DNA of 63,897 nt, the filler included, from Dicyema japonicum (lineage: Eukaryota; Animalia; Dicyemida): the NCBI GenBank assembly GCA_011109175.1. It is 6 parts of 6 records of this genome, joined end to end, with 100 filler letters (N's around TTAATTAATTAA, not from the genome) between each part and the next. Parts side by side here need not be neighbours in the genome. Positions count along the whole stretch, not along the records: positions 45,652 to 54,961 come from RDEW01000148.1; positions 55,062 to 62,724 come from RDEW01000261.1; 4 more parts are not named here. One strand, given 5' to 3'. The notes below the pieces were generated by a model. That model was not told where the DNA came from. It made no database searches and saw only the letters and a list, made by a program, of their open reading frames with translations. Shown here piece by piece: positions 47,778 to 61,349 of this stretch. The position numbers and the translations under genes are program-made. Positions within the stretch are counted from its first letter, which is position 1. Each line of letters starts with the position of its first letter.

Positions 47778-49030
47778 TAGGGCAACCGAAAATCAACCAA
47801 GTCAACTTGAGCTCTTTTTTATTTTTAGTGTTAAAATGCTATTAATCAAATTATTTTGTTTATATAAAAAGTTATAAATGCAACAAAGTCAATTTTTTAC
47901 TTTTACGGTCAACTTTTATTTTATTGAGCAACTTTTTATTTATTAATAAAAATTTATTAATAATAAAAAATTATTATAAATTATTATAGCAATTTTAAAT
48001 ATTGATATAATTTCAAACTGCATGTGTCTTCGGTTCTTGTTGACTGTTTTTTTATAATTCATAAAAACAAAATTTCCAACACTAAGCGAATATTTTCTAT
48101 TGTTAATAAATATCCTAAAGAGTTTTCATTTGATGGAAAATTATTCTGCAAATTATACAATTCTCACGTAACCGCTAAAGCAATGGTTTATGAAAAGCAC
48201 CGGAATTCTAAATAGCATATTCTGAGAATCCCAAATACGAATAATAATTTGGAAACTCATATTAAAAATGAGGTTACTACTGATTGTTTCGCCGTGGATC
48301 TGCAAATGCATTTTTATCAGCAAATATTTCTGTTCCTTCGGAAACCAAATGCAGAGACATTGTTACAGTTCTTGCTGAAAGGATGGTTTCACAAATTATT
48401 AACACAATTTCAAGTGAACAAATTGTTTTTACGAAACTGATGTTGGAAAAAACAAGTATGTTAATTGTCTTTGTAAAAAATTAAAGAATCCACAAAAAAT
48501 TTAATTGATTGTATTGCAATTAAAATATTTAATATTAGTAAATTCTGAATTAATAAATTAAATACAGCAAACTTTTTCAAATTTGCCATGTTTGGTTCCA
48601 TCATTTTTGCGGCAAATTTGGGNAAATGAGGTTACTACTGATTGTTTCGCCGTGGATCTGCAAATGCATTTTTATCAGCAAATATTTCTGTTCCTTCGGA
48701 AACCAAATGCAGAGACATTGTTACAGTTCTTGCTGAAAGGATGGTTTCACAAATTATTAACACAATTTCAAGTGAACAAATTGTTTTAATGATCAACGAA
48801 ACTGATGTTGGAAAAAACAAGTATGTTAATTGTCTTGGTAAAAAATTAAAGAATCCACAAAAAATTTAATTGATTGTATTGCAATTAAAATATTTAATAT
48901 TAGTAAATTCTGAATTAATAAATTAAATACAGCAAACTTTTTCAAATTTGCCATGTTTGGTTCCATCATTTTTGCGGCAAATTTGGGAATTTAATCATTA
49001 ATTTTAAAATAGTTATTGGGAAACTTCTCA
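47778..49030 (+). mobile_element. CGGBP1-like transposon 5' end, decayed, with internal duplication
   Basis: Terminus tagggcaa with (g)tcaactt repeats; VNKYPKEFSFDGKLFCK and AFLSANI motifs; 48267-48600 is repeated at 48624-48980. Confidence 0.7.
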
Positions 49031-52000
49031 TCGGTGAAAATAACTAAATTTGATTTTATTACGAAAAAAAATTTATTTAAAAAATGTAGTACTAAATTTT
49101 ATCGAATAAAAATCAATTCCCATTTGCTTCATTTTTAAATTTCTAATATTTGCATTAAATCTTGTGATAGATGTAATAAGGACGACATCCTCTTCGTTTT
49201 CAATGTTTTCAATAAAATTTTTTTTCAATTTTGCTAAACTTGGATGCTACTTCATTCTTGTCTAGGGGTTTAATTGAGTAGTTTCTTCATGGATGAGTAT
49301 CTCATTATCACCAATTAATAATGTAATGTTACTTCTTCACCTATTGCATTTTTTTAGATTAATTTATAGACATAAATTCTTCGATTTNNNNNNNNNNNNN
49401 NNNNNNNNNNNNNNNNNNNNNNNNNNNNNNNNNNNNNNNNNNNNNNNNNNNNNNNNNNNNNNNNNNNNNNNNNNNNNNNNNNNNNNNNNNNNNNNNNNNN
49501 NNNNNNNNNNNNNNNNNNNNNNNNNNNNNNNNNNNNNNNNNNNNNNNNNNNNNNNNNNNNNNNNNNNNNNNNNNNNNNNNNNNNNNNNNNNNNNNNNNNN
49601 NNNNNNNNNNNNNNNNNNNNNNNNNNNNNNNNNNNNNNNNNNNNNNNNNNNNNNNNNNNNNNNNNNNNNNNNNNNNNNNNNNNNNNNNNNNNNNNNNNNN
49701 NNNNNNNNNNNNNNNNNNNNNNNNNNNNNNNNNNNNNNNNNNNNNNNNNNNNNNNNNNNNNNNNNNNNNNNNNNNNNNNNNNNNNNNNNNNNNNNNNNNN
49801 NNNNNNNNNNNNNNNNNNNNNNNNNNNNNNNNNNNNNNNNNNNNNNNNNNNNNNNNNNNNNNNNNNNNNNNNNNNNNNNNNNNNNNNNNNNNNNNNNNNN
49901 NNNNNNNNNNNNNNNNNNNNNNNNNNNNNNNNNNNNNNNNNNNNNNNNNNNNNNNNNNNNNNNNNNNNNNNNNNNNNNNNNNNNNNNNNNNNNNNNNNNN
50001 NNNNNNNNNNNNNNNNNNNNNNNNNNNNNNNNNNNNNNNNNNNNNNNNNNNNNNNNNNNNNNNNNNNNNNNNNNNNNNNNNNNNNNNNNNNNNNNNNNNN
50101 NNNNNNNNNNNNNNNNNNNNNNNNNNNNNNNNNNNNNNNNNNNNNNNNNNNNNNNNNNNNNNNNNNNNNNNNNNNNNNNNNNNNNNNNNNNNNNNNNNNN
50201 NNNNNNNNNNNNNNNNNNNNNNNNNNNNNNNNNNNNNNNNNNNNNNNNNNNNNNNNNNNNNNNNNNNNNNNNNNNNNNNNNNNNNNNNNNNNNNNNNNNN
50301 NNNNNNNNNNNNNNNNNNNNNNNNNNNNNNNNNNNNNNNNNNNTTGATAACAAATATGCACGACCAGGTAAGTAAATTCGAGAATGCACACATTAGAAAA
50401 TGGATATAACTAAATCATTAAAATGTATGGTTTTTTAATTAGCTTTGAAGTAAATAAATGTTAACATTTAATCTATTCCTTAATCGGATTTTATAATATA
50501 TTAAATTTAAGTAATTATAAATTTATTAAAATTATGGAAATCTGATTTTTGAATACTACTTGTAAATCCTCGGTCGCTTAAATTTCTATATATTAATTTA
50601 CTAATATGAATTCTTATAAAGAGCCTATATTTATTCTAATTCAACAGGATTAAAAATCGTTTTCCGTTAGGGTCAGAGTTAATTTGACTGTATTCATGAT
50701 TGTTTTGCTTTGATTTTATAAAAATCCCCAAAAAATAGACTAAAAGAGATCGCATATGGAATGGTCAGATCTGTGATGTGATAAAACGAAAACAACTTTA
50801 CATATTTAGGGTAGAGGCAAATATAAACGCATTTTGGAGTACATTTTGCACAATCCTAGTTTGACGATTTTTACTATACTTTTAGTCTTTCTTACTGTGG
50901 TCATAGTCATTAATTCATCATTTTCTTCTAAATCATCAGTGATGGCACTGAGAAAACAAAGTCTATGGGTATTTTAATCCATAATTAATTGCACCACATG
51001 ATTCAAAATAATTTTCCCTCTTTTTCGGATATTTAAATGGTTAACCAACAATAAATAACGCTTCATCAAGAAAAATTTCCAGCAAAGTAAAACTAAAATC
51101 TCATTTTTCCCTCACGAAGAAAAATTCCAATGTCTCCTCAACAAATAGCAAAGTCAAGGAAAAATCCAAAAAAGGTCTTTCGCTTCTGTTATCTAAGCAC
51201 ACCAAAGAGACCCTAAATGTGCTTTAATTGGTCAAAATGTAAGAGTCGGGTCTCCAGAAATGTTATTGGCTAAGAAAGCAGAACACCAAACGTTGGGAAT
51301 TAGTTAAGTAGAAGCTGACCATGTCTTGATGAGGCTTATGGAGGTATATAAACTTAGACATATTAAAAAATAACTTAATTTCAAAACTGGAAAAAACCAA
51401 ATTACAAACAAAATTAGTCATAGTAATTATAAAGAATGATTATTTCTTCTTTGCCTGGATTGAGAAAAATTTGTTTCAAAGAGTTTTCCTCTTCAAAACA
51501 ATATAACTCATCTATTCCATAAAATTCTTCTCTTTCTTCATCCATTTTTCAAATTAGTTCAGGTTTTAAAGAGCGGTGATAAAGTATTTATACTTGTTAA
51601 TTAGGGGGATTTACGTTCGCTGTTGTATTTTTTTCTCAATACTTCCTCTTTCCATTTTATAAGTAGTATTTTGTCGTTTTGCTACAAATATTGTTTTGCA
51701 ATTAGTGATCAATTTTTTATTTACGACTTGCAATTTTCATTGCTCCTACATTAATTACTTCGAATTAATTTACTAATTTCAAAAATACTAAATACTAAGT
51801 TAACATAGACTTAGATTATTCGAGTAATTCATTTCAATTCATTTTTTGATAATTTAGATAAATTTAGTTTTGTTTATAACTTGTGTAATTTTAATTGTTG
51901 ATTGCTAATGATTTTAGTATGCATTGCATATTTTTATCAANTTATTACTTTAAATTAATTTACTATTTTCAAAAATATTATTATACGATACTAGGTCAAC

Positions 52001-52899
52001 ATAGATTTAGATTATTCGAATAATTCATTTTAATTCATTTTTTGATAATTTAGATAGATTTAGTTTTGTTTATAACTTGTGTAATTTTAATTGTTGATTG
52101 ATACTGATTTGAGTATGCATTACATATTTTTATCAATAAATAAAGTTAAAATATATTTTTTAATTTGGTATGAAGATTGGAATCATTGTCAAATGGAATT
52201 AATGTTGATTATAAAACAGTAATTGGTTTTATGGAATCAAATAATTCAGTTCCTCTTCATAATTGTGTAATTTCATTAGACAATAACCAAATTTTATTTT
52301 CATTATTTCTTATAAACTCTTGTATTATTGAAGCTACCAGAATCTTAAAATGATTTTTGACTAGAGTCAAACCCCTCTAAACCGACTCCTCGGTAACTCG
52401 AATTCCCTTAAAACCAGACTACAGTTCTGGTAGTCCTTCTATTTGATCTTCGATATACTGAATCTTCTCTATTCCGAATTTTGTTGTCCCAAATTTAATT
52501 TTCTTTTATTATAAGATGGCCTTCTGACCTAAATCTTTGATCTATCCTATGAATCGTCTTTAACCTTGAATTGCGAACAAAGGTGAAGATATATATCGCG
52601 AACAACTCGAAAGAAAATGAAAAAACTAAAATATGACAGTTCCGCAAAGAAAACGATTAGTTGCGAATTGTCTTTAAAGAAGAAAATTCAAATAACAAAT
52701 TAATCGAACCATACACCTAAGCCAACACAAAAATTTGTCAACTTAGACTTGGAACTACCCACTGAAAATTTCAAAGATTGGGAATCATCCCTAGTTGAGC
52801 AATACCTTCTGAAGAGAATGACAATGACTCAGATTCTAATAAGCAAACAAAGTCAAAACATATAGAGAAATTAACACGGACAAATTTTCAACAAATGCT

Positions 52900-53900
52900 A
52901 GACAACATCTGCCACTTTGCTTGCAATAAAAACCCTGCATTACTATATCCCATCAACAGACTTATCTATCTGAACATTAAAGCGATTGCTGAATCGAAGC
53001 AAAATGCGAGGCAATGTTTATTTACAGATTTCTATTAATTTTACTGTTTCACTTTTTCGTTATGGGAATAACTCTCCCCGATCAGAAGGGTTATTCTCAT
53101 ACTTGCAGGATAGGATTTTTTTAATGGTCAACGGAGACAGTGTAACCACTGTAAAAGTAAGGCAATGACCGTTGACCATTTAGCCACGAAGTTCGGGAGT
53201 ATGCTTTACCATGATTACACATGGAGGCATAACGAGGTGGTGAGGTCCCTCCATCTTTTGCTATGCAATAAGTATGGCTTGAGGCGGTCCAGAAAGTTGC
53301 GAACCCATCGAGTTCAATCGGTGTGTGAGAACTCGAAGGTGTGCATTAAGGTGGATACCCCAATACGCACCTCGATTGTTGTCCAGCACAACAGACCCGA
53401 TATTGTGGTCCACGATAAGGTCACCGGGGAGATTGTTATCGTGGAGGTGGGCATCACGTGCCTAGACCGTTTGCAGACAGTGGAAGTGGAGAAAAGGAGG
53501 AAGTATGACCTCCTTGCAAACGAGTTAGGACTGATGCACCAGTGTAAAGTCCATGTCATTCCGTGTGTGATGACATGGGATGGACTGGTCACCAAATACC
53601 ACAAGGGGTACTTAAAACAGTTGGGTGTAGATAAGTCTCTACAGGCTTATATGCAGTCAACTGTTCTTAAGAGGACNTTGACTGGGCATAGTTCCCACAG
53701 ACAGGGCATCTGTCTCGCCGATCCAGTTTTTTCCTGACATTTAGTCAGCGAGAGGCGATGGACTGCACCTTCCCGGAGGTCTACAGAGGCAGAAAGAAAG
53801 AGGAAGAAAAAGGGAGGTGCGTGGAGTGCCATACCCTGCTCACTTTGAAGGTTCAGCTCTTAGTTAGGCAAGTGATTAGTTAATTAGTTTCTCTAAGACA
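52900..53900 (+). mobile_element. RLE retroelement 3' part (zinc knuckle plus RLE domain plus tail)
   Basis: CNHC...TVDHLAT...RHNEVV...NRPDIVVHDK...VEVGI...EKRRKYDLL...TWDGLV. Confidence 0.9.
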
Positions 53901-54127
53901 AGAAAGCGATCAAACTAAATTTAATTAATTATCATTAAAAAAACTAAAGCAATCTAAGCTTAATTAATTATCATTAAAAAACTAAAATCAATACAAATCC
54001 TTAACAAATCAATAATCAATAAATCAGGACGAGTTCACGTAAAATCTATATGCGATCGATTATGACTTCCTCAACTTAGTATTTACTTTTGTGTATAAAT
54101 TAAACAATGAATATATTTAAATTTTAT

Positions 54128-54610
54128 TTAAAGCATAGAGAATTTAATAATAAAAGTTAAGATTCGGCAGATCTTCATAATATTTAGGAAAGTGGTAAAG
54201 TGGTGTTCATATTTATCCAAAGTCCATTGTAAAGAGTTTTGTTCGAGTGGTGGGAACTCAAATTCTCCAAAATTGGTGGGGGCCTCATATTCTTCATACC
54301 ATTGGCTGGCCGTGCATTCTTCATAACATTCAGAAGGCAGATTCTTTTTCGTCCAAACTTCATCATAGAAGGTGTAAGTATTTTTCTGTCCTTTTTCTCG
54401 TTTTAAGATCCTGGGGTTGTTGTAGTACAACCGTAAGACGCGGCTGAACTTGTCAACCGTCATCTTAGGGTTGCCTTTCAACTCCCCCCACATTCGTGCA
54501 AGTTCGATAGGATTGGTAATACAAAATGAATTGGACATGCCAATCCATTTGATGTGAGCACAGTTTTTGTTCAAATTTGACAGAAGAAATTGATACATAC
54601 AAGTTTTCAT
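54128..54610 (-). CDS. Small intronless ETS-domain protein (160 aa from the ATG)
   Basis: YQFLL...IKW...LARMWG.LKGNPKMTVDKFSRVLRLYY...YTF; ORF uninterrupted. Confidence 0.8.
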   Translation of the reverse strand: MKTCMYQFLLSNLNKNCAHIKWIGMSNSFCITNPIELARMWGELKGNPKMTVDKFSRVLRLYYNNPRILKREKGQKNTYTFYDEVWTKKNLPSECYEECTASQWYEEYEAPTNFGEFEFPPLEQNSLQWTLDKYEHHFTTFLNIMKICRILTFIIKFSML

Positions 54611-55061
54611 CACAAAGTAGTATTAATAGTTTACAAAACGCCAAATACGTATTTATATTGTTTGTGGCGACGTAAATTACGGCAATTTTTGGGAATTTGC
54701 GTCGCTTTTTTAATAAAAACGGCGTCACGTCCGGTTTGTTTTAAGGTTTAACTCGTAATTATTAAATATAAATAAATTTACACCTTATTTATGTGCTCTT
54801 TCTTATCCACCCAAATCTAATCAGCTCTTTTTGGACATATTAACTAGCATCTTCTGTACAATACGGCTTGAATTTTAAACTAACGGAATCCTTATATTTG
54901 ACGGTGTATAGGGGGGTGTCACATGTCCTGTAGAGTCTATACTATAAGTTGTCTCTTGTGANNNNNNNNNNNNNNNNNNNNNNNNNNNNNNNNNNNNNNN
55001 NNNNNTTAATTAATTAANNNNNNNNNNNNNNNNNNNNNNNNNNNNNNNNNNNNNNNNNNNN

Positions 55062-55500
55062 GTATACGACATGGAACTCTTTTGGATCAATTTGCACTGT
55101 AGAGTTTCCGCTAAGAAACTTTTATCCGGGGGACAGTCTTTCGTCTAAAAGAGAGGAACAATATAAAAATGAGATTATGTTTATAATAGGAGTCCAACTA
55201 GGATCTGTTTTGATCCCAATTTTATTCGACATATTCATTGTAAGTTTTTCAAAATAAAAAAAATTAATATTGGACTGATGATATATGCCGATGACGTCAA
55301 AGTTGTGGACACACTCTAAGAAATGAGTTTAGGAGTATGTTGGTTCAAATGAAGAATAGCATAATATGAAAGGATAAAGCTCTCTGATCACATTGAAGAT
55401 TATTTGAAAATGTCAGAGCAATAAAAAAGAGGCTTATCAAGCTCTTCTCAGTGCTCGCAAGTTACTTGTAGATATAACACTTTACTTAAATTTTCAGTTA
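55062..55500 (+). mobile_element. Decayed LINE RT fragment
   Basis: GSVLIPILFDIFI followed by YADDV traces. Confidence 0.55.
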
Positions 55501-56609
55501 ATCAATATCGATTTGATTTTCTGAGTGCGAGATGAGACTTTTTCTTTAAAGAAAGAAAAAATTATATTTGTATTGGAGAAAATGAGAACGACAATAAAGA
55601 CAGCAATTGATAGCTTAATGAAGAACTAAATAAGTAATAAAAGATAAAACTCATTTCTATTTATAGTATAATGCAGGAGAGGATCGATGCCAACAAAAAG
55701 AGGTCAAATATGCAAAACACAAACAAAAAACCAATAGAAATAGCTGGATGGATAACTTTAAAATTTTTTCCTAATAAAGTTATTTAATGCTCTTCTTAAT
55801 AGTGAAAGTAGAATGGTAAAGGTGTCGATTTATCTCTATTGCACAGAAATCAATGATATTCATAATGTGAACTCTTGTTCTCTTTTTTATATGAATGAAT
55901 GAACTTTTAGTATCACATAAATAAAAAAAGTTAATATGTAGGTCAGCCATCATACGAAAGACTGCTATTCTACTCTATGTATTAACTCTCATAGGTATCA
56001 ACGATCTCTCATGATCTTTATCGAACTTTGAGTCAGACCTCATCTGGAGGGAAATCTTTATGTTTTATATATCGAAAATATTCATTGCCCTTAAAGTGGT
56101 ATGCCGATTGATTTTTGTGCAATTTCATTTTTTATGCTGTTATCGTAGTTTCATGTAGCTCACCAGAAATGGTGTCACCTATTCCAAAAAGGTTTATATA
56201 TCGAAAATATTCATTGCCCTTAAAGTGGTATGCCGATTGATTTTTGTGCAATTTCATTTTTTATGTTGTTATCGTAGTTTCATGTAGCTCACCAGAAATG
56301 GTGTCACCTTTTCCAAAAAGGAACGAAAAGAGCCAACAGCTTCTCCCCACCGTCCAGTAGTCTTTTTTCTTCTCCTGTGTCTTGGACCCTATCTGGAGTC
56401 TCCATTTGTCCACATTTCTGATTCGTTCATGTGAAGACGTCGAAACCAATCCTGGTCTATGGAGAGATTTTACAATTATACAACTGAATACGAATGGGAT
56501 CAGGAAAAAAATCTTTGTCACTCCTCCGCGAAAATGAGGCTGATCTCGCTTTAATACAGGAGTCAAAGCTATCGTGAAGACGTCGAAACCAATCCTGGTC
56601 TATGGAGAG

Positions 56610-59383
56610 ATTTTACAATTATACAACTGAATACGAATGGGATCAGGAAAAAAATCTTTGTCACTCCTCCGCGAAAATGAGGCTGATCTCGCTTTAATAC
56701 AGGAGTCAAAGCTATCTCCCTCCATAACAACACCCTCTTTTCCAGGATACACAGTGATCCGTAAAGATCTTCAAGAAGGACGCGGAGGAGGATTACTTAC
56801 TATTATAAAGAACGATATTTCTTTTATGGATACAACTCAACGAACCTCAGAGCTTCTTGGCATTGACAAGACTTTGGAGCAGATTACTGTCAAGATCAAG
56901 TTATTCCCGTCCTTTTGGCTAATTTATATATTCCTCCACAAAGATCGTGTCCGACATCTTACAACCTTGATTTATCACGCATTTAAACATTGAAAAATCT
57001 ACTGTTATGTGGGATCTTAATTCACGACATCAAGTTTGGCTCACTTCTTAATCCTATGATAACAAATTATTTTCCTGAGTTGATTATACTGAACAACCAT
57101 AACTCACATCCTAGGACTCCATTAAGGATGACTGATAGCTGCACATCCCCCGACTTAACACTATGCTCACCTTCTCTGGCTGGACTCATTTCCTGTAACG
57201 TCTTTTACGGCTTCTCCAGTGACCACATTCCAATCCTTCTAAAATTGAGAGGTCTTCAACGATACAGGAGACGGCCGGCGGAATCAAAAAGATTCAAGGA
57301 TTATACGAAAGTTGACTGGTCAGGTTTCAGTAACCTTGAGGATAAATTCTTGGCGCGGAGATTATCCTCCCCAATACTCTCTATTGATTAGGCTGCAGAA
57401 ATCATCAGCGCTGCCATTTAGAAAGCTGACCATATTTTTATCCCTATATACAAGAAGTTTATTCCACCCTTAGCTCTTATACAATAAGTCTCATAAAACA
57501 AAGAGACCGGCTAAGATATGCTATCTGTTGGACTTGATGTTTTTGACAGCCCTCAGACAACTAAATATAAGGATCTGTCAGAGCATAAAAAAACACAACG
57601 ACATGAGATGGTAGCATCTAGTTAACCACTTCGACATTTCTGGAAAACTCTTAAACAAGTCCAGTCGGAGCTGGATGATGCAGATGGAACCGGAAAGTCT
57701 TCTCCTGAACACTTATGCTACTTACATCCTAACATTCTCACGAAACATTACGCTTGAATTAGCTTCAAACCATTCTCGAAACACCTAGACATTATGGTGC
57801 GTGCCCATAAACCGAAGAAGGAACCTTACCACGAACTATTCTCATATACCAAGTCTTGGATGTTATCACCAGATTAAAATTCTCACGGGCGTGCGGGCCT
57901 GACAAAGTATCTTCTATTCATCTAAAACACCTAACCACTACGAAATTGGCTAACTCACGCAAATATACAACCTGTCCATTAACTATACTATTATTCCCAA
58001 AATTTGGAAGAATTCTTTCATCAAACCGATATTGCAGGCTGGGAAACCAGAGACAGAGCCTGCCTCCTACAGACCTATTTCCGTTACCAGCACTGTCAAA
58101 AATTATGGAGAAACTTGTATTATCAGTCTTTTTTCCGTATCTTCCACGTCCTATATTTCAACATGGTTTCCTCCGCAGGTAGGTCCACCGCTACATACTT
58201 GGCAACTTTATCGCAGTTCATTGCCGACGGTTTTAACACACATCCTCCGCCTCACAAACGCACAATCTTGGATTCTATTAACAAAGCCTTTGACACTGTT
58301 TCGAGGAAAATCTTGGTTGGAAAAATATTTTCTACTAATATTCGTCCGAATGTGAAATTATGGCTGGCCAACTTTTTGTCTGGAAGACGTGGAAGAGTAG
58401 TCAGTGGTGATCTCAGATCTAGTTCACGATTACTACCGAACGGGGTACCCCAGGGGTCTCCACTTTCACCAATTCTATTCAACCTATTCCTACACGACCT
58501 ACCTAATGATTTTGTCTGGAAGACGTGGAAGAGTAGTCAGTGGTGATCTCAGATCTAGTCCACGATTACTACCGAACGGGGTACCCCAGGGGTCTCCACT
58601 TTCACCAATTCTATTCAACCTATTCCTACACGACATACCTAATGATGGAGACGAAGATTCCTGCTATTATCCTACGCAGACGATAGAGTTATTGCGATAC
58701 GGAACCGCTCGACGCAAGTCACATCCTTTAAAACTCAGACAAAATTGAACACTCTCCACGAGTGGATTGTTGGCAATCGACTAACGATTTCTGCAACCAT
58801 GTCTATCTGTTCCACATTCACGTCGGACCGCCGTTCCAAGGATGAACCGAGTCTTTTCATTGGTCCCACTCGGATTCCAGTGACAAGGTTCCCCACTGAA
58901 CTTGGAGTCAAGTACGGCAGCCTTCTCAATTTCAACTCTTCCACATTCACGTCGGACCGCCGTTCCAAGGATGAACCGAGTCTTTTCATTGGTCCCACTC
59001 GGATTCCAGTGACAAGGTTCCCCACTGAACTTGGAGTCAAGTACGGCCGCCTTCTCAATTTCAACTCCCACGCAACAGACATGATCACCAGGGGGCTCCA
59101 GAATGTTAACGTTATACGCGCCCTTGTCCATAGGACCACGAGGAACATGAACTTTTCCGTTTCTACCCTCTACCAACAAACAATCGCGCCTGCCATTGAG
59201 TATGCTTCCGTTGCATGGAGATTCGGGCTATCGGAGTCTATGGTCCAAAAATCAACTCGATATACTGGAAAACAATCAGTATGCTTTCCCCACGTAATGG
59301 ATCAACAGTCGACCCACTACTCATGGAAGCTAAGATCCGTAGTCGTGGCTCCGGATTTCTTCGCGTCTGTGAGGAAGATGGAA
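56610..59383 (+). mobile_element. jockey/I-like LINE family J (APE plus RT), near full-length, decayed
   Basis: IIQLNTNGI, LIQESK, GRGGGL, SDHIPI, GPD, YRPIS, INKAFDTV, GVPQGSPLSPILFN and YAD-like motifs; several local tandem duplications. Confidence 0.9.
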
Positions 59384-59760
59384 AAACTTATGTTGGACGC
59401 CGATACAATGCTCTATATTTTCCGAATTGTGATTCTCCCAAGACTGATATACGGATGCGAGGGATGGTTTTATACTCCCTCGAGAGAAAGGATTCTCGCT
59501 CGCCTGGAGAAAACAAGGCGAGCGGCGATAAAAATATCTCTGGGGAGGAAATTACATGAAAGCCTTTTCCGAGGAAGAGAATAGCCTTGTCACGCCGGTA
59601 AAAATAGATATCGAAGTAAGGTTGGGTAACCAGCTTTTCAATGCGTACTAAATGGACGACTACAATGGAGATGGGATAAGTGTGAAGTGTCCAGGCCGCA
59701 AAGGGGGACACGATTAAAATCCCTTTAATTAACTCCTTATTTACTTTGGAATAAATTTGA
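59384..59760 (+). mobile_element. RT C-terminus of a different LINE family fused to family J
   Basis: TMLYIFRIVILPRLIYGCEGW...LEKTRRAAIK, homologous to 62130-62600. Confidence 0.7.
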
Positions 59761-60167
59761 TTTGATTTGAATTTGAACCACAACCAAATATTACTGCTTG
59801 AATCTTCCTGAAATAGTTATAATTGTTTCAAAATATAGCTCGTCGAAATTATTGTAAACGGAAAGTTTTAGATTTCAGTCTCTGTTGAAAGAGTTATTTC
59901 GCTAATATCTAAGATTCTCAAAAATATCGAAATTTTTAAAAATATAATATTTATTACTCTTTGATTTCATTCTATAATAAATAATTTTTAACCATTTGAT
60001 GAGAAAATTAAAAAAATGCTACATTAATTATTTTAAATTGCTATTTTACAGTTGCTTAATTATCTGTCACCCGTACAAATGGATCTAAATTTTAAGTAAA
60101 TTTATATTTATGTATGAAATATAACATAAGCACTAATAGAATTAGTCAACAGAATTTTATTATAATA

Positions 60168-60445
60168 TTAATGATTGAATAATCCAATCTGTAATGGATA
60201 ATAACGTCTTCTTTTATATTTTATTATGTAGGCCACAGCAAATATTACAACAATTCCACCTATTACACAAATAGCTATTATATTTTTGTTTTCTAAATTT
60301 AACTCAATATTACTGATTGGATGAAACTTTATGGTACTTAAATAACTATGAGTAGTCATTGTCTTTAATTTTGTTTTTAAAGCAATTGAAGTTAATTTTT
60401 TGTTTTTAAATTCTACAAATTTTCTTTTAGAATAGTACTGTTTAT
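60168..60445 (-). CDS. C-terminal fragment of a single-pass membrane protein (runs into a gap)
   Basis: IIAICVIGGIVVIFAVAYII hydrophobic helix followed by the basic KYKRRR stop-transfer segment. Confidence 0.4.
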
Positions 60446-60884
60446 NNNNNNNNNNNNNNNNNNNNNNNNNNNNNNNNNNNNNNNNNNNNNNNNNNNNNNN
60501 NNNNNNNNNNNNNNNNNNNNNNNNNNNNNNNNNNNNNNNNNNNNNNNNNNNNNNNNNNNNNNNNNNNNNNNNNNNNNNNNNNNNNNNNNNNNNNNNNNNN
60601 NNNNNNNNNNNNNNNNNNNNNNNNNNNNNNNNNNNNNNNNNNNNNNNNNNNNNNNNNNNNNNNNNNNNNNNNNNNNNNNNNNNNNNNNNNNNNNNNNNNN
60701 NNNNNNNNNNNNNNNNNNNNNNNNNNNNNNNNNNNNNNNNNNNNNNNNNNNNNNNNNNNNNNNNNNNNNNNNNNNNNNNNNNNNNNNNNNNNNNNNNNNN
60801 NNNNNNNNNNNNNNNNNNNNNNNNNNNNNNNNNNNNNNNNNNNNNNNNNNNNNNNNNNNNNNNNNNNNNNNNNNNNNNNNNNNN

Positions 60885-61118
60885 GAAATCCGCTTCGCTT
60901 GATCCTTCTCATGGCAAAAGAAAACCGATTGGATAAGAAATTCCCCTCCCCGATTCTTCTGCAAGACCGAGAGAAGGCTCTTCCGGAATGTAGTGGAGGC
61001 GATGGAAGATCACAGACGTCGAATGGCACAATTGATTGCGAGGACTGGGATCACTTAATTGTTTGACTCTTTTTTCTTTCTTTCTCGGTGTTCCCAGGTT
61101 TATTAAAATAAAATAAAT
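60885..61118 (+). mobile_element. 3' end of LINE family J
   Basis: Matches 5390-5610 and resumes where 59383 breaks off. Confidence 0.8.
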
Positions 61119-61349
61119 AAATCACATGAACCCACTCAAATAGGAAGAGAGATGAGGAATAGACAGGCAAGCATAAAACTTTAACAAATTAACCACACAG
61201 CACCACATGAAGCCGCGCGGCTTATTAAAATATTTTAATAAATAAATAATAATAATAAATAATAATATGGTCTGGTACGAAGTGTGACAAGTTCCGTTGA
61301 AAGCTAAAACGTCACGAAGCTTGGATTTATTTGTATTTACAAACAGTTA

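Noticed and set aside
61213-61226. 14-bp perfect palindrome aagccgcgcggctt
   Set aside because: Single occurrence with no supporting context; could be a retroelement tail hairpin, but nothing here tests that.
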